Source: Massalongia carnosa (Eukaryota). Taken from it: a stretch of DNA of 64,000 nt. Each line of letters starts with the position of its first letter. The stretch's first letter is position 1. Below, in pieces: positions 60,576 to 64,000 of this stretch. The notes beneath the pieces were generated by a model. That model worked only from the letters and a program-made list of their open reading frames with translations. It did no database searches and was not told the origin of the DNA. The stretch lies in contig OZ287076.1 in the NCBI GenBank assembly GCA_965645245.1, forward strand, positions 2,046,001 through 2,110,000, given 5' to 3'. The position numbers were made by a program, and so were the translations under genes.

Positions 60576-62949
60576 CTAGCATACCGTACATTATAAATCT
60601 AGCTATTCCCACTATATAGAACAAAGGCAAGCGTTCTATCCTCTATCTACTATACTGCCTTTTGATATTCGCATCCAGAAGAGAAAATATCATATTCCGG
60701 AAGCGGCTTTGATAAATTTTTGAAAGAAGTGATTTAGACTTCAAAGAGAGAGCGGAACTCGAATAACATGAAACGTTGAGTATTAATCTTAATAGCAGGA
60801 TGAAGCTGTTACCACAAATTCATGTCCACACGTCGGATTTTCGTGATCAGCTGCTGAATCAGCCAACCTCTCATTTACGTTAATGTTGTTTTTTGTGGTT
60901 TATTGACTGACGTCTAACCGCTATTCGGATATGGAGCTTTATTCGTTTCGAAATTTTTTATCAATACAACGTTAGTTGGCGCAATCTTAACTTTCAAAAA
61001 GAACCGTTATAAACTTACCAGACAAATTTCCTCCCATTTCTTCTCACGTTGTAGGGGTGGAGCGATGATCCAAATTCAAATTGCTAGTGGTTCGGGCGTT
61101 GGTTTGTCCGACTGAGGCATGGCAAGGTCGTGGGGAAGTCAGGTGACAGTCTTTCCTTTTAGATATAGATATTTCTTTTCCCTTAGACACAGAGCAAGCA
61201 TGCTCGCAGAATAGCATCAACACATACAATTCACAGGCACGAGGCACGAGGCGCGAGGCGCGAGGCATACAGTGACCAGTCTAGCTATTGTTCTCATTCT
61301 ATTGTCTTGTTCTTCTCTTATTTGTTTGTTCTATTGCACTCCTAACAGTAGTGGACCACGCACACCACCCAGTTCATCCTTCCACAACGTCTCGCAGGAG
61401 CGGGTAGCATCGCGCGGGAATTATCATGTGCAATTACAACATCCAGGACACGGAATACTGTTGAGGCAAGCAATAGCAAGAAGAAGGCCAAAAAAATAGA
61501 AATGGGTGAGTCAATCCTTTAGATAGCAAGCCTACTAAGATGCTAGAACTCTAGAGTAGCCAGCACCTAAGGGATCACGATGGCGGTGACAAATCTACTC
61601 GAGAGGCTTGATAGATCAACGCCATCAGCAGCTTATTCTATAACACAGCAAGGACTGATCGATCCGAAGGCGTATTAGGTATTCAGCAATAGCTGGCTAG
61701 AATTGATTGTTTGTTCATAATCGTAACCGTTCGCGCCGTCAAGCTTGCGGTTAGCAGAATGAACCAGGGATCTTATTTGCTTGCACGTTAAAGATGTAAC
61801 TTCAAGGGGCTGCATCAAAGAATGTGATCCGCCATTCGGTTGGGTGTAATCCATGTGAGGACTAAAATATGATAGTTAGCACTCGAGCTGCTTCCATGGA
61901 ATGGTCGAGGCAAACTCCGGAGAACGAGAATATGAAGATCGCTTAAGTGTTGTCGCTTGGCTTTCGCTCGAGGAGGAAGCTATACGGGCAGCAGTCAACT
62001 GTGCTCCCTGAAGCGGTCATTAATAATTTCTCCCGCTTCAATCTTTTACAGAATATCACTCGAACTCAACCCCCATGAAGACACAGCTGGCTTGCATGAG
62101 GAATTGCATTGTCTTCAAGGATCAATGCTACCAATGCAAATACAAAAGCTAGGGTTTAACAAACAATCCCTGCTCTTTCTTTCCTAAATTCGATCTTTCA
62201 AAGTAACGTAACCATCGTTCTCCCCTTCCGCGCCCTTTCTCACACTCCGATAACAGTTTTCGCTCTGAATCTCCATCTCAAGCCTTGCCTCCAGCCCACT
62301 CGACTTCTTTGCCGCATTTCGATAGCACCAACTTAGGCCCTTCACCCCAGCCATTGCTGACAGCATCAACCGCATGGATGGGAAACCTACGATGCGCCAT
62401 CTTTTTTTCGCCGTTTGCAGACCGAACACTTTCACCTCTCCAGAGTCCGGTAGCGTCAAATCGTCAGGGCGTTCGATATTGTAACGGTGTCCAAGAGCCT
62501 CCTGTAGTTAAGCCTAATTTGGTCCATCTACGATGCTTTGTTGGTAGGAGTTGAACATTCAACATTTTTTTGAAGTGTTTATTAGTTATTTTTTCAAAAT
62601 AATTTAATCAACTCAAATGCGATTTGTAATATTCTTAAAGATAGAAATTCTTGTAAAAACTCGCATGTTTAACATTTATGTGATTGCATAATTTTATATA
62701 TAAAGGAGAGACTTTCACCTGACCCCCGCCAAGGCCTCTCCGAAAAATGTGACTCCCGAACCCGCTATCAGTATAGGTTTTAGAGCCCCGTAACGAAACA
62801 TCTAGAAGATGCTAGAAGCACGCCTCTTTCAATATAAATATCTAAGGTCCCCCAAACCTCTCTCTGCAATAGAGATTATAAAGAGAACATTAAGATATAT
62901 TAACAGATGTATTATTGAATGATGTACTTAATAATCGCTTAGACTAGTT

Positions 62950-63999
62950 CTAACATAGGAGTTCGCCTTCAAAATTAAACTCGAGAAAGGTTAGATGACC
63001 GGATGCATGTCCCAAGCAGATAAAGTTCCCGTAAATAGCTGAACATATCGATCGATAGTCGGATGGAAGCCAAAGAAAACGTTGTTCTTTAAAAGCTATC
63101 CATTGATCTTCAACAAAGATAGAACATAGCTCTTTTTTCTGACGGAAAGGAGCACTATGGAGATATAAAGGAATGGAGATTTGCCCCCTATCCGTCTTTA
63201 ATTGTGAACCATCTGGAGAAAAGGATAGAGTGCTAATTATTTTTTCAGTCAAAAGCGTGCTGCGGCAAGACCCTGTACCTGCGTCCCAGAGCCGGATCGT
63301 GTTGTCCTCCGAGGCAGACGCTATCAGCTGGCCGTCCGGCGAGAAGGCTACAGCGTTGATCCAGCCCGAGTGACCCTCGAGCGTGCTGCGGCAAGACCCT
63401 GTACCTGCGTCCCAGAGCCGGATCGTGTTGTCGTCCGAGGCAGACGCTATCAGCTGGCCGTCCGGCGAGAAGGCTACAGCGCTGATCTCGTCCGAGTGAC
63501 CCTCGAGCGTGCTGCGGCAAGACCCTGTACCTGCGTCCCAGAGCCGGATCGTGTTGTCGTCCGAGGCAGACGCTATCAGCTGGCCGTCCGGCGAGAAGGC
63601 TACAGCGCTGATCTCGTCCGAGTGACCCTCGAGCGTGCTGCGGCAAGACCCTGTACCTGCGTCCCAGAGCCGGATCGTGTTGTCGCCCGAGGCAGACGCT
63701 ATCAGCTGGCCGTCCGGCGAGAAGGCTACAGCGTTGATCTCCGCCGAGTGACCCTCGAGCGTGCTGCGGCAAGACCCTGTACCTGCGTCCCAGAGCCGGA
63801 TCGTGTTGTCGCCCGAGGCAGACGCTATCAGCTGGCCGTCCGGCGAGAAGGCTACAGCGCTGACCCAGTCCGAGTGACCCTCGAGCGTGCTGCGGCAAGA
63901 CCCTGTACCTGCGTCCCAGAGCCGGATCGTGTTGTCGCCCGAGCCAGACGCTATCAGCTGGCCGTCCGGCGAGAAGGCTACAGCGCTGATCCATCTTGA
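62950..63999 (-). CDS. 3' end of an NWD/HNWD (HET-E-like) NLR gene: six WD40 repeats visible plus tail, running off the window
   Basis: Open frame 63999-62950: (TGSCRSTLEGHSxxIxAVAFSPDGQLIASASxDNTIRLWDAG)n, then TEKIISTLSFSPDGSQLKTDRG...LWLPSDYR...LGHASG. A NACHT domain is not visible in this window. Confidence 0.88.
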   Translation of the reverse strand, partial: SRWISAVAFSPDGQLIASGSGDNTIRLWDAGTGSCRSTLEGHSDWVSAVAFSPDGQLIASASGDNTIRLWDAGTGSCRSTLEGHSAEINAVAFSPDGQLIASASGDNTIRLWDAGTGSCRSTLEGHSDEISAVAFSPDGQLIASASDDNTIRLWDAGTGSCRSTLEGHSDEISAVAFSPDGQLIASASDDNTIRLWDAGTGSCRSTLEGHSGWINAVAFSPDGQLIASASEDNTIRLWDAGTGSCRSTLLTEKIISTLSFSPDGSQLKTDRGQISIPLYLHSAPFRQKKELCSIFVEDQWIAFKEQRFLWLPSDYRSICSAIYGNFICLGHASGHLTFLEFNFEGELLC

Positions 64000-64000
64000 G
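63254..64000 (-). repeat. 126-bp WD40 tandem array, about 6 units visible
   Basis: The framework is essentially invariant between units and two adjacent units are identical. Confidence 0.97.

Larger units (their letters stand above)
43421..60667 (+). mobile_element. Ty1/Copia element E1, lacking its 5' LTR, degenerate, host to Copia F
   Basis: 43421-46442 plus 57829-60667 is collinear and highly similar to E2. gag ATG is at 44187, with a frameshift at about 45275 and several stops. The 3' LTR 59932-60667 is interrupted. Confidence 0.93.

Noticed and set aside
60668..62537. Short ORFs and a (gcRcgag)4 repeat in the only long non-TE stretch
   Set aside because: No recognisable domain or consistent frame, so it is treated as intergenic. 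A spliced or non-coding gene cannot be excluded without RNA data.

Overview
This window is eukaryotic, most likely from a filamentous ascomycete (inferred from the HET-E-like WD40 repeats, Tad1-like LINE and Fot1/pogo elements). It is almost entirely a nest of transposons. I resolved one intact Ty3/Gypsy 5' half and six Ty1/Copia copies from five families (named here A, C, D, E1/E2, F). There is also a full-length Tad1-like LINE, a decayed DIRS/Ngaro-type tyrosine-recombinase retroelement, three pogo/Fot1 elements, a Tc1 fragment, a Mutator derivative, a split CMC/EnSpm-like transposase relic and several solo LTRs. Most insertions have exact target-site duplications, so the nesting order can be read. 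The only host-type sequences I recognise are C-terminal sensor parts of fungal NLR-like genes: an ankyrin-repeat relic (about 4330-4741) and two inverted paralogous WD40 arrays (30049-31164 truncated; 62950-63999 open to the window edge). Their 126-bp repeats are near-identical except at a few hypervariable codons and are much more similar between loci than their shared tails. This points to repeat exchange, possibly with the truncated copy acting as a donor. All identity counts were made by eye and no database searches were run.
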